Shown here: positions 54,180 to 62,000 of the stretch, piece by piece
How positions within the stretch are numbered: the first letter of the stretch is position 1
How the letters are laid out: every line of letters begins with the position of its first letter
Notes under the pieces: generated by a model
Database searches by the model: none
What the model was told of the DNA's origin: nothing
Seen by the model: the letters and a program-made list of their open reading frames with translations, nothing else
Program-made: the position numbers and the translations under genes
DNA from: a virus
Taxonomy: Duplodnaviria; Caudoviricetes
Virus record (IMG/VR): IMGVR_UViG_3300021963_000134
Coordinates: 1-62,000 of that record
DNA: 62,000 bases
Reading direction: 5' to 3' (one strand)

Positions 54180-54921
54180 AGAAGCACGCCCGATGGACAT
54201 TGCAGGTCGCAAACTGATGATTGCGATCCCTGCATACGATGGCAAACTGAACATCAAGACCTCCTTTGCTTTGGCCGATCTTGTGGTCAAAGCTTCGAGG
54301 TTTGGCGTTCAGGTTCAACTGTCGCACCTATCGGGCTGCTCTCTCATCACCAAGGCCCGCAACGTCTTGGTGGCCAACTTCCTTGAGTCGGACTGCACGG
54401 ACATGCTGTTTGTGGACGCCGACATCGTGGTGGACGCAGACTCTGTGCTCCGACTGCTGGCGCTGAGCACCGGCAAGGACATCACGGCTGGCATGTATAC
54501 CCGCCGCGCAGAGGATCGCAAGTTCTTCTTGGACATCTACAAGGACCAGAACAACACCCTTGAGTTTGATGCTCACGGGATGCTTCGGGTTGAGAATGTG
54601 GCCACTGGCTTCATGATGATCCAGCGCCATGTGATTGAGAAGATGATCCAGAACCACCCCGAGTGGAAGTACTTCAACGACTTCTACAACCGGGACGAGT
54701 TCTGCCTGTTCGACTTTGAGCTGTCGAACGGCCAGTACATTGGCGAGGACTACACCTTCTGCAAGCGTGCCCGCGCAGACGGCTTCACGGTCTTCGTTGA
54801 CCCAGAGATCACCCTGCCGCACGTTGGCTCTCAGGAATATCACCGCAGCTTCAAAGAGTCTGTGCTGATGCCCTTGATCGAGCAGTACTGCACACCCCAA
54901 CTGAAGGTCGTCAATGGCTAA
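54172..54921 (+). CDS. GT-A fold glycosyltransferase-like protein
   Basis: MIAIPAY, SLITKARN, LFVDAD (DxD), ATGFMMI, GEDYTFC, HVG. Confidence 0.75.
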   Translation: MAEEARPMDIAGRKLMIAIPAYDGKLNIKTSFALADLVVKASRFGVQVQLSHLSGCSLITKARNVLVANFLESDCTDMLFVDADIVVDADSVLRLLALSTGKDITAGMYTRRAEDRKFFLDIYKDQNNTLEFDAHGMLRVENVATGFMMIQRHVIEKMIQNHPEWKYFNDFYNRDEFCLFDFELSNGQYIGEDYTFCKRARADGFTVFVDPEITLPHVGSQEYHRSFKESVLMPLIEQYCTPQLKVVNG

Positions 54922-55186
54922 GACACCCGCACCCAAGAAGAAAGGCCCATCCTTGGCGGTGGGTCGCGGCGAGAAGCTGCCTGTTTCCAAAGGTGCAGGG
55001 CTGACTGCCAAGGGACGCGCCAAGTACAACGCTGCGACGGGCAGCAACCTCAAGGCTCCACAGCCCCAAGGTGGCCCTCGCAAGGATTCTTTCTGCGCCC
55101 GAATGTCCGGCATGCCCGGCCCCATGAAGGACGAGAAAGGCCAACCTACGCGCAAGGCTGCGGCCTTGAAGAGATGGAAGTGCTGA
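54914..55186 (+). CDS. Small basic conserved phage protein
   Basis: GLTAKGRAKYN..SNLKAP..RKDSFCARM..LKRWKC. Confidence 0.65.
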   Translation: MAKTPAPKKKGPSLAVGRGEKLPVSKGAGLTAKGRAKYNAATGSNLKAPQPQGGPRKDSFCARMSGMPGPMKDEKGQPTRKAAALKRWKC

Positions 55187-55187
55187 G

Positions 55188-55427
55188 ATGGACATCAATA
55201 CCATTTGGTCCGCCGCGCTGTCTCTCATAATGGGGGCGGTTTGGTTCTTCATGCGCGAAAAGTTTGATGAACTCAAGCGGCTTGACATCCTGCTAAACAA
55301 AACACGCGAGGAGATAGCCCGTGATTACACGACTAACGCAGAAGTTCAGAGAATTACTGACCACATTGACCAACGCTTTAATCGCCTCGAAGCAAAAATT
55401 GACCAGCTTATTCAAGCGGGGAAGTAA
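55188..55427 (+). CDS. Small membrane-anchored coiled-coil protein
   Basis: N-terminal TM; TREEIARDY..RLEAKID. Confidence 0.6.
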   Translation: MDINTIWSAALSLIMGAVWFFMREKFDELKRLDILLNKTREEIARDYTTNAEVQRITDHIDQRFNRLEAKIDQLIQAGK

Positions 55428-55819
55428 TGCCAAGCAAAACTAAAGCGCAGCATAATTTCATGAACGCCGTGGCACACAGCCCGGCATTTGCGAGGAAGGC
55501 TGGCGTCCCACAATCGGTGGGCAAAGATTTTTCCAACGCGGACAAGGGCCGCAAATTCTCAAAAGGTGGCGATATGAAAGAGTCCAAAGCAATGGTGAAG
55601 AAGGAAGTCGGCTTCATGAAGAAAGCTGGCGCACCCAAGTCCATGATCAAGCACGAAATGGCTGAAGCCAAGGGCAAAGGCTACAAAGCCGGTGGCTCGA
55701 TTGGCACAACCAAGATGGGCGCGGTAAAGACCAACCCCGGTAACATCAACGGCGTTGCCACCAAAGGCAAAACCAAAGGCACCATGGTCAAGATGGCCCG
55801 TGGCGGCAAGGCCTGCTAA
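55427..55819 (+). CDS. Lys-rich xxGG-motif protein
   Basis: FSKGG, YKAGG, MARGG. Confidence 0.65.
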   Translation: MPSKTKAQHNFMNAVAHSPAFARKAGVPQSVGKDFSNADKGRKFSKGGDMKESKAMVKKEVGFMKKAGAPKSMIKHEMAEAKGKGYKAGGSIGTTKMGAVKTNPGNINGVATKGKTKGTMVKMARGGKAC

Positions 55820-55828
55820 GGAGTAGTC

Positions 55829-56866
55829 ATGGCGACAAAGAAGATCAAGCGCTTTAACGAAGGCGGAGTGTCTGACAAAGACCGTGGACTGGAATCATCG
55901 AAAGATGAGAAGGTTGGCTTCTTTGAACGCCTGCGCATGGGTAACATCGACCAAGAGGGCTCTGAGGCCTACAACCGCTTTGGCGCTGGCCGCGCCAAGG
56001 CTGATCGCGACATGGCAAGTGAAGCTGCAGCCATGAAGGCTGTGGATGCGTATCGCGCAGCTCCCGCCGCTCCCGCTGAAGAGCGTGATGCAATGGAAGA
56101 GGCGAACGCACGCGAGCCCATTCCAGTTCCCGCTGGACCAAGGGTTGAGTCGCCCAAACCGGGCGGTAGACCTCGTGTAAACGTTCAGGCAGAAAAGCCT
56201 TCTGCTCCAGCCAAGCCAAAGATGCAAGAGCAGACCTACACCCGCAGGGGTGGGGCCACAGCCGAAGATCGCGCATCCAGAGCTGCTCCGGCCTCCAACC
56301 CCAACTACTCCAACGAGGGTCGTGGTCGTGAGATGACCAAAGAGCAGCAGTACGCTCGAGCCGAAGCTGAAGCAAAGTCGCCAGAGGGTGTGGCAAAGCG
56401 CAAGAAAATGGAAGCCGAGCAGGGTCTTGAGCGCGTAACGCCCGAAACAGCCTTGCTTCCCGGTGGTGGCTTGAAGATGCTGAGCGAAGCAGCCAAAAAG
56501 CTTGCAGCCCCAAAGATGGCCAAGTACGCTCAAGAGGCTTTGCCAGCACCAACCAAGCGTCTGCCTTTCGATAAGGCTGGCTCTCTTGCCCGCAAGCGCT
56601 CCGAGAGAGCGGATATGCGCCGAGAGGAGATGCTGAAAGAAAACGCCAGACGCTACGGGCTAGACGAAGACGCTCCCGGCTACCAAGCAGCCGCTGACGC
56701 TGTGCGCAAAGGTCTTGGCGGTAAAGACTTTGGTCTGAAGAAGGGCGGCTCCGTAAAATCGAAGCCTGTCATGAAGAAGATGGCCTCTGGAGGCTCTGTC
56801 ACACCTGCATCCAAACGTGCAGATGGCATCGCTACTCGCGGCAAAACCCGTTGCAAAATTTGTTAA
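55829..56866 (+). CDS. xxGG-motif protein, low complexity
   Basis: FNEGG, LKKGG, MASGG, RADGIATRGKT; AAGGAG RBS. Confidence 0.65.
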   Translation: MATKKIKRFNEGGVSDKDRGLESSKDEKVGFFERLRMGNIDQEGSEAYNRFGAGRAKADRDMASEAAAMKAVDAYRAAPAAPAEERDAMEEANAREPIPVPAGPRVESPKPGGRPRVNVQAEKPSAPAKPKMQEQTYTRRGGATAEDRASRAAPASNPNYSNEGRGREMTKEQQYARAEAEAKSPEGVAKRKKMEAEQGLERVTPETALLPGGGLKMLSEAAKKLAAPKMAKYAQEALPAPTKRLPFDKAGSLARKRSERADMRREEMLKENARRYGLDEDAPGYQAAADAVRKGLGGKDFGLKKGGSVKSKPVMKKMASGGSVTPASKRADGIATRGKTRCKIC

Positions 56867-56875
56867 GGAGCTGAC

Positions 56876-57097
56876 ATGAACGACGAAATGGAAAAGAAAC
56901 CTCGCGGCATTAAAGATGGTGTTTACACAGAAGACTCCGGCCTTCCTCCTCCACAGGACATCGATGGCGGCTCGGCCTCCAAGCCCAAAAAGCCAAAGAA
57001 GTACGCCAGTGGCGGCGTTACTCGCGCCGATGGCTGCGTCACCAAGGCCCACACCAAGGGCAAGATGATCAAGATGGCTGGCGGCGGGATGTGCTGA
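56876..57097 (+). CDS. Small xxGG-motif protein
   Basis: YASGG, RADGCVTKAHTKG, MAGGG. Confidence 0.6.
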   Translation: MNDEMEKKPRGIKDGVYTEDSGLPPPQDIDGGSASKPKKPKKYASGGVTRADGCVTKAHTKGKMIKMAGGGMC

Positions 57098-57098
57098 C

Positions 57099-57332
57099 AT
57101 GTTAGCAAGCCGTGGTATGGGGGCCATCGCCCCCTCTAAAATGCCCAAAGGCGTCCGCAAGGCTCGCCGGGACGACACCGACTTCACGCAGTACGCTGAA
57201 GGCGGCAAGGTGGGTTTGTACGCAAACATCCACGCCAAGCGTGCTCGGGGTGAGAAAATGCGCAAACCGGGCCAAAAAGGCGCACCCACGGCTCAGGCGT
57301 TCATCGACTCAGCCAAGACAGCGAAGAAGTAA
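57099..57332 (+). CDS. Small basic xxGG-motif protein
   Basis: YAEGG, GLYANIHAKR. Confidence 0.6.
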   Translation: MLASRGMGAIAPSKMPKGVRKARRDDTDFTQYAEGGKVGLYANIHAKRARGEKMRKPGQKGAPTAQAFIDSAKTAKK

Positions 57333-57335
57333 ACC

Positions 57336-58034
57336 ATGGCAACATCAGGCACCACCGCTTTCAATATGGACCTCACGGAAATCGTTGAGGAGGCGTTTGA
57401 ACGCGCTGGTGGTGAGTTGCGCACGGGCTACGACCTGCGCACAGCCAGCAGATCGCTGAACCTGATGTTTGCCCAGTGGGCGAACCGTGGTTTAAACATG
57501 TTCACGTATGAGCAGGGGTCCATTAACTTGGTCGCCGGTCAAGCCACATACGACCTACCAGAAGACACCGTTGACTTGCTGGAGCATGTGATCCGTACCG
57601 GCGCTGGCAATGCTTCGACTCAGGCCGATCTGACCATTACCCGCATCAGTGTCTCAACCTATGCCACGATTCCAAACAAGCTCCAGCAGGCTCGTCCAAT
57701 TCAAGTCTGGATTGAGAGACTGGACACGCCTCGCATTACCGTTTGGCCTACGCCTGATAACTCCCAGCCGTACGTTTTTGTGTATTGGCGTCTTCGTCGT
57801 ATGCAGGACGCTGGCACAGGTGTAAACACCATGGACATGCCATTCCGCTTCTACGAAGCGATGACGGCTGGCTTGGCTTATCACCTTGCCCTGAAGATTC
57901 CCGGAGCCATGGAGCGTTTGGGCGTCCTCAAGCAGCAGTATGACGAGGCTTGGGAGCTGGCCAGTTCGGAGGATCGCGAGAAAGCTGCAATACGCTTTGT
58001 GCCGCGTCGTCAGTTCATCGGTGGAGGCACCTGA
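57336..58034 (+). CDS. Head-to-tail adaptor (P22 gp4-like)
   Basis: IVEEAFER, RSLNLMFAQWANRG, GLAYHLA motifs. Confidence 0.65.
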   Translation: MATSGTTAFNMDLTEIVEEAFERAGGELRTGYDLRTASRSLNLMFAQWANRGLNMFTYEQGSINLVAGQATYDLPEDTVDLLEHVIRTGAGNASTQADLTITRISVSTYATIPNKLQQARPIQVWIERLDTPRITVWPTPDNSQPYVFVYWRLRRMQDAGTGVNTMDMPFRFYEAMTAGLAYHLALKIPGAMERLGVLKQQYDEAWELASSEDREKAAIRFVPRRQFIGGGT

Positions 58035-58423
58035 TGAGTAATCGCTTCGCATCCGGCAAGAAAGCGATTGCGGAGTGTGATCGCTGCGGCCAGCAGTTCA
58101 AACTGAAGAATCTCAAGACCGAGATCATTAAGACCAAGAAGTACGAGCTTCTGGTGTGCCCGGAATGCTGGGACCCAGATCAGCCCCAGTTGCAGCTTGG
58201 CATGTTCCCGGTGGATGACCCTCAAGCTTTGCGCAACCCCCGCAGAGACACGACATACGTGACCTCGGGCATCAACGCAAACGGAAACCTGTCTGGTGGC
58301 TCTCGAGACATCCAGTGGGGCTGGAACCCAGTCGGTGGTTCTCGGCTCTTTGACAACCTGTTGACGCCGAACTATTTGGCGTTGACGGCACAGGTCGGTA
58401 CAGTGACAATCTCAACATCGTAA
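58034..58423 (+). CDS. Zn-finger conserved phage protein
   Basis: CDRCG..VCPECWD..PQL; revised start MSNRFAS (TGATG coupling). Confidence 0.6.
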   Translation: MSNRFASGKKAIAECDRCGQQFKLKNLKTEIIKTKKYELLVCPECWDPDQPQLQLGMFPVDDPQALRNPRRDTTYVTSGINANGNLSGGSRDIQWGWNPVGGSRLFDNLLTPNYLALTAQVGTVTISTS

Positions 58424-58433
58424 GGAGTCCATC

Positions 58434-58601
58434 ATGGATGCAAAAGCAGCAGTTCACAAGCATGAGAAAAACATGCACAAGGGCCAGCCTATGACCAAAT
58501 TGGCCAAGGGCGGCAAGACCAATGCCGACATGAAGAAGTACGGTCGCGGCATGGCCAAGGTCATGAACCAGCGCGTCTCTTCTGCGCCAAAGGGGAAGTA
58601 A
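58434..58601 (+). CDS. Small basic xxGG-motif protein (55 aa; not in track)
   Basis: AAGGAG RBS; MDAKAAVHKHEKNMHKGQPMTKLAKGGKTNADMKKYGRGMAKV... Confidence 0.6.
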   Translation: MDAKAAVHKHEKNMHKGQPMTKLAKGGKTNADMKKYGRGMAKVMNQRVSSAPKGK

Positions 58602-58602
58602 T

Positions 58603-58869
58603 ATGGCCAAGTTCAGCCAGAAGATGATGGGCAAAGAGGTTGGCCAAGCCAGCGTCTATGCCGAGCCCCACACCATGAAAGGTAAAGCCGTGAAAGCTAC
58701 TACCAACCCCGGCAAAGAGCCAAACCACAGCCGTGTTGACACGGTGAATATGTCTGTGGGCGCGTTCAGCAACAAGCCCGATGGCATGGGCACCAAGACC
58801 AGTGGCATCAAAGTCCGTGGCACTGGCGCAGCTACCAAGGGCCTGATGGCCCGAGGCCCAATGGCGTGA
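58603..58869 (+). CDS. Small basic protein
   Basis: KTSGIKVRGTGAATKG..ARGPMA. Confidence 0.6.
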   Translation: MAKFSQKMMGKEVGQASVYAEPHTMKGKAVKATTNPGKEPNHSRVDTVNMSVGAFSNKPDGMGTKTSGIKVRGTGAATKGLMARGPMA

Positions 58870-58876
58870 GGTTTGA

Positions 58877-59530
58877 ATGAACTACACCGAGCTGAAGGTC
58901 AACATTGCCGACATCTGTGAAAACGAGTTCACAGAGGAGCAGTACGCCATGTTCACGCAGCAGGCGGAGCAGAAAATCTACAGCTCGGTGCAGTTGGCCA
59001 ACCTCCGCAAGAACGTCACCGGGACGCTGACTGCAAACAACAAGTACTTGGCGGCTCCGAACGACTTCCTGTCGGTGTACTCGCTGGCCATCTACCCCGC
59101 TGCTGGCGGCGAGTATTTGTTCCTGCTCGACAAGGATGTAAACTTCATCCGTCAGGCGTACCCCAATCCGGCTACTACCGGTAAACCCAAGCACTACGCC
59201 ATCTTCGGACCCCAGTCCAACGATGTGAATGAGCTGACGTTCATTCTTGGCCCAACGCCTGATGCAACGTACAACGCGGAGCTGCATTACTACTACTACC
59301 CTGAGTCCATCGTGACTGCGGGTACGACGTGGCTGGGCGAGAACTTTGACTCCGCTTTGCTCAATGGCGCTCTGGTTGAGGCAATCCGCTTCATGAAGGG
59401 TGAGGAGCAAATGGTCAAGGTGTACAACGATATGTACGTTCAGGCAATTGCTCTGCTCAAGAACTTGGGTGATGGTAAGCAACGCATGGATGCTTATCGC
59501 GATGGTCAAGTAAGGATTAAAGTGTCATGA
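58877..59530 (+). CDS. Neck / tail tubular A-like protein
   Basis: MNY.EL...I, QAEQKIY, PTPD..Y..ELHY, LL.GALVEA. Confidence 0.65.
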   Translation: MNYTELKVNIADICENEFTEEQYAMFTQQAEQKIYSSVQLANLRKNVTGTLTANNKYLAAPNDFLSVYSLAIYPAAGGEYLFLLDKDVNFIRQAYPNPATTGKPKHYAIFGPQSNDVNELTFILGPTPDATYNAELHYYYYPESIVTAGTTWLGENFDSALLNGALVEAIRFMKGEEQMVKVYNDMYVQAIALLKNLGDGKQRMDAYRDGQVRIKVS

Positions 59531-59973
59531 GCATTCTTCAAACAGCAACCACGTCGTTCAAAGTTGAGCTGCTGCAAAGCATCCACAACTTTGGCCCCAC
59601 CTCACCGGACACGTTCAAGATCGCCTTGTACACCGCCGCTGCCGATCTGGGCTATGCAACAACCGCGTACAGCACCTCCAATGAGGTGACTGGTACGGGC
59701 TACACCGCTGGCGGCAACACGCTTACCATCAGCACAAGCCCAACGTCCGGCAACAACTCGCTCAACATCCCGACGGCGTACATCAACTTCAGCAACACAT
59801 CTTGGACTGGCGCTACGTTCACGGCCCGTGCGGCCTTGATCTACAACAGCAGCGAAGGCAACAAGTCCGTGGCCGTTCTGGACTTCGGCTCCGACAAGAC
59901 CGTCAGCAACGACACTTTCCAAATCATCTTCCCAACAGCCGATGCCAACAGCGCAATCGTGCGAATCTCTTAA
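59527..59973 (+). CDS. Virion structural protein
   Basis: SFKVELL, FKIALYT, GYTAGG, ARAALIYN, VLDFG. Confidence 0.6.
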   Translation: MSILQTATTSFKVELLQSIHNFGPTSPDTFKIALYTAAADLGYATTAYSTSNEVTGTGYTAGGNTLTISTSPTSGNNSLNIPTAYINFSNTSWTGATFTARAALIYNSSEGNKSVAVLDFGSDKTVSNDTFQIIFPTADANSAIVRIS

Positions 59974-59982
59974 GGAGCCATC

Positions 59983-60561
59983 ATGGAACACAGCAAAGCA
60001 GCCGACAGCGTTACCGCAGGCATGATCACAAACCGCGTTGGCGGTGAGCGCGTTGGCGCGGGCGGTATCTTCACCGTCACTTGCGTGGGCGCAGACGGCA
60101 AGGAAAAGTGGTCTGACAAGTTTCACAACCTCGTTGTCAATCAGGGCCTGCAGGACATGAACAGCAAGTACTTTGCCGCCTCGGGTTACACCGCCGCTTG
60201 GTACTTGGGTCTGGTCGAAGGCCCCGGCTCCGGCACAACATTCGCTGCTGCCGACACACTGGCTTCGCATGCTGGCTGGACTGAGCTGGTGCCCGGCACC
60301 GCTTACACCGGCAACCGCAAGGCTGTCACTTTTGGCACGGCCACCACGGCTGACCCATCGGTGATCACAAACTCTGGCAGTCCATCTTCGTTTGCCATGC
60401 TGGTGAACAGCACTGTGGTGGCTGGCGCGTTCTTGGCCAGCGTCAGCAGCGGCACCTCCGGCATCTTGTTCTCGGCTGGTGACTTCACTGGCGGCGACAA
60501 GACCGTGGACAACGGCGACACCCTGAACGTGACCTACAGCTTCTCGCTCGACGCAGCCTGA
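59983..60561 (+). CDS. Virion structural protein
   Basis: HNLVVNQG, WYLGL, GDTLNVTY; AAGGAG RBS. Confidence 0.6.
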   Translation: MEHSKAADSVTAGMITNRVGGERVGAGGIFTVTCVGADGKEKWSDKFHNLVVNQGLQDMNSKYFAASGYTAAWYLGLVEGPGSGTTFAAADTLASHAGWTELVPGTAYTGNRKAVTFGTATTADPSVITNSGSPSSFAMLVNSTVVAGAFLASVSSGTSGILFSAGDFTGGDKTVDNGDTLNVTYSFSLDAA

Positions 60562-60570
60562 TAGGGGCAA

Positions 60571-61257
60571 GTGGTGTTTGGTGATGTCACTTTTGCCCAA
60601 GCACCCTTCGCCTCTTTAGGCGGGAACACGTTCGCCGCCACGCAACCAGAAGCTGCTGCAGTGGCAGCTTCCTTTGAGGTTCCCAGCGTCATTCGCGGCG
60701 GCATCATGAGCGAGACTGCCACGGGTCAAAACACCCAGTCGGTCATCGCCACAATGGTGGCCACGCAGACTGAAACATCCTCTGCATCCAGCGTTCAGTC
60801 GGTCATCGCCAACATGGTGGCCAGCATGCTGGAGCAGGGCACTGCCAATGATGCGCAAACAGCCATCGGCACATTCTTGGCATCGCAAGCAGAAAGCACC
60901 AGCGCCACAGCAGCTCAGACCGCCAGCAGCAACGTCTTGGCCGCACTGTCGGAAACGGCCACAGGCTCGGACTCTATGAACCGGGGCCTGCTGGTTTCGG
61001 TGGCCATCGCAGAGAGCGCAGCGGGCACGGCCACGCAAGTGGCTCAGATCAATGTAAACGGCTCCATCGCGGAAGTCGTGAGCGCCCTGAGCACTCTGGG
61101 TGTGGTCAAAGACAAGAACATCTACGCGACTGGCGTGCAGCTCACCATCAGCATCGGAGGGGTGCTCGTGTGGGCGGTAATTGACGACAGCCAGACGCCA
61201 AACTGGCAAAATATCAACGACGTGCAGTCCCCCGGCTGGACGCAGCTACCGTCGTAA
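60571..61257 (+). CDS. A/S/T-rich virion protein
   Basis: FG...FAQAPFASL start, periodic E-x-A repeats, W..IDDSQTPNW end. Confidence 0.55.
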   Translation: MVFGDVTFAQAPFASLGGNTFAATQPEAAAVAASFEVPSVIRGGIMSETATGQNTQSVIATMVATQTETSSASSVQSVIANMVASMLEQGTANDAQTAIGTFLASQAESTSATAAQTASSNVLAALSETATGSDSMNRGLLVSVAIAESAAGTATQVAQINVNGSIAEVVSALSTLGVVKDKNIYATGVQLTISIGGVLVWAVIDDSQTPNWQNINDVQSPGWTQLPS

Positions 61258-61266
61258 GGACACAAA

Positions 61267-62000
61267 ATGGCATTGGCACTCAAAGATCGCGTCAAGGAAA
61301 CCACCACCACGACCGGCACGGGCACGGTTACGTTGGCCGGTGCAGCTTCGGGCTTCCAGTCATTTGCGGCGGTGGGCGACGGCAACCAGACCTTCTACGC
61401 CATCGTGGACTCAGCTTCCGGCGACTGGGAAGTTGGTGTTGGCACATACACATCCTCGGGCACCACGCTGTCCCGAACCACTGTGGTGTCTTCCAGCAAC
61501 GCAGGGTCCTTGGTGAATTTTGGCGCTGGCTCCAAAGACGTGTTTGTCACCTACCCATCCTCGCGGTCGGTGTATCTGGACGCTGCGGGTTCTGCCGTCA
61601 CCACGCTGGACATCGGGACTCTGGGGGCCAGCACGGCCAACATCACCACGGCCAACATCACGTCCGGCACGGTGTCCACAACTCCGACCAGCGGCAACGA
61701 CATCACCAACAAGACCTACGTGGACACGTTGGTCGCCTCGGGCATTCACTTTCATCAGCCCGTAATGGTTGAAAGCCCAACTAACCTTAACGCAACTTAC
61801 AACAACGGCACTGCGGGTGTTGGTGCAACGCTTACTAACGCGGGAACGCAAGTTGAGTTAATTATTGATGGCATCTTCACATCGCCGGGTGATCGCGTTT
61901 TGGTTTATAGCCAAACCAATCCAATCGAGAACGGCATTTATGTTGTCACAGTTGTAGGTACAGTTTCTACAAATTGGGTGCTAACACGCGCCAGCGATGC
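61267..62000 (+). CDS. Tail fibre protein, N-terminal part (3' truncated; not in track)
   Basis: AAGGA RBS; MALALKDRVKETTTTTGTG..WEVGVGTY..LSRT; frame runs off the window end. Confidence 0.7.
   Translation, partial: MALALKDRVKETTTTTGTGTVTLAGAASGFQSFAAVGDGNQTFYAIVDSASGDWEVGVGTYTSSGTTLSRTTVVSSSNAGSLVNFGAGSKDVFVTYPSSRSVYLDAAGSAVTTLDIGTLGASTANITTANITSGTVSTTPTSGNDITNKTYVDTLVASGIHFHQPVMVESPTNLNATYNNGTAGVGATLTNAGTQVELIIDGIFTSPGDRVLVYSQTNPIENGIYVVTVVGTVSTNWVLTRASD

Noticed and set aside
3151-57497. GTTTAAAC as cloning or assembly artefact (PmeI site)
   Set aside because: Sites sit in frame inside intact conserved genes, and natural one-base variants are also enriched.

Overview
This window looks like a nearly complete, circularly permuted genome of a tailed dsDNA phage of podovirus type. 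Both window ends fall inside tail-fibre genes. The host is probably a proteobacterium, most plausibly a betaproteobacterium (inference from CTGT-N8-ACAG boxes and gene style). Layout: tail-fibre, lysis and ejected/internal proteins, including a 2889-aa polyvalent protein (1-22.5 kb, +); a dense accessory/recombination operon (22.5-32.3 kb, -); RusA-like gene, a structured non-coding locus and primase-helicase (32.3-36.4 kb, +); an early operon with AAA+/vWA and SprT-like genes (36.5-43.8 kb, -); a control region with a DnaA-box cluster and SOS boxes (43.8-45.3 kb); packaging, head and neck genes (44.5-62 kb, +). I saw no DNA polymerase, RNA polymerase, integrase, ParA/B, canonical tRNA or CRISPR array. 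The strongest unexplained signals are: (1) genome-wide over-representation of the palindrome GTTTAAAC (30 copies found by eye) and its variant GTGTAAAC/GTTTACAC, also placed at the same position in two promoters; (2) a shared [FYML]-x-x-G-G motif across about seven putative virion-internal proteins; (3) a textbook type I hammerhead ribozyme between two early genes; (4) a ~0.5-kb structured ncRNA locus upstream of the replication genes; (5) clustered DnaA and LexA boxes beside a peptidase-less LexA-like gene. All protein calls rest on motif recognition and synteny, not database searches.
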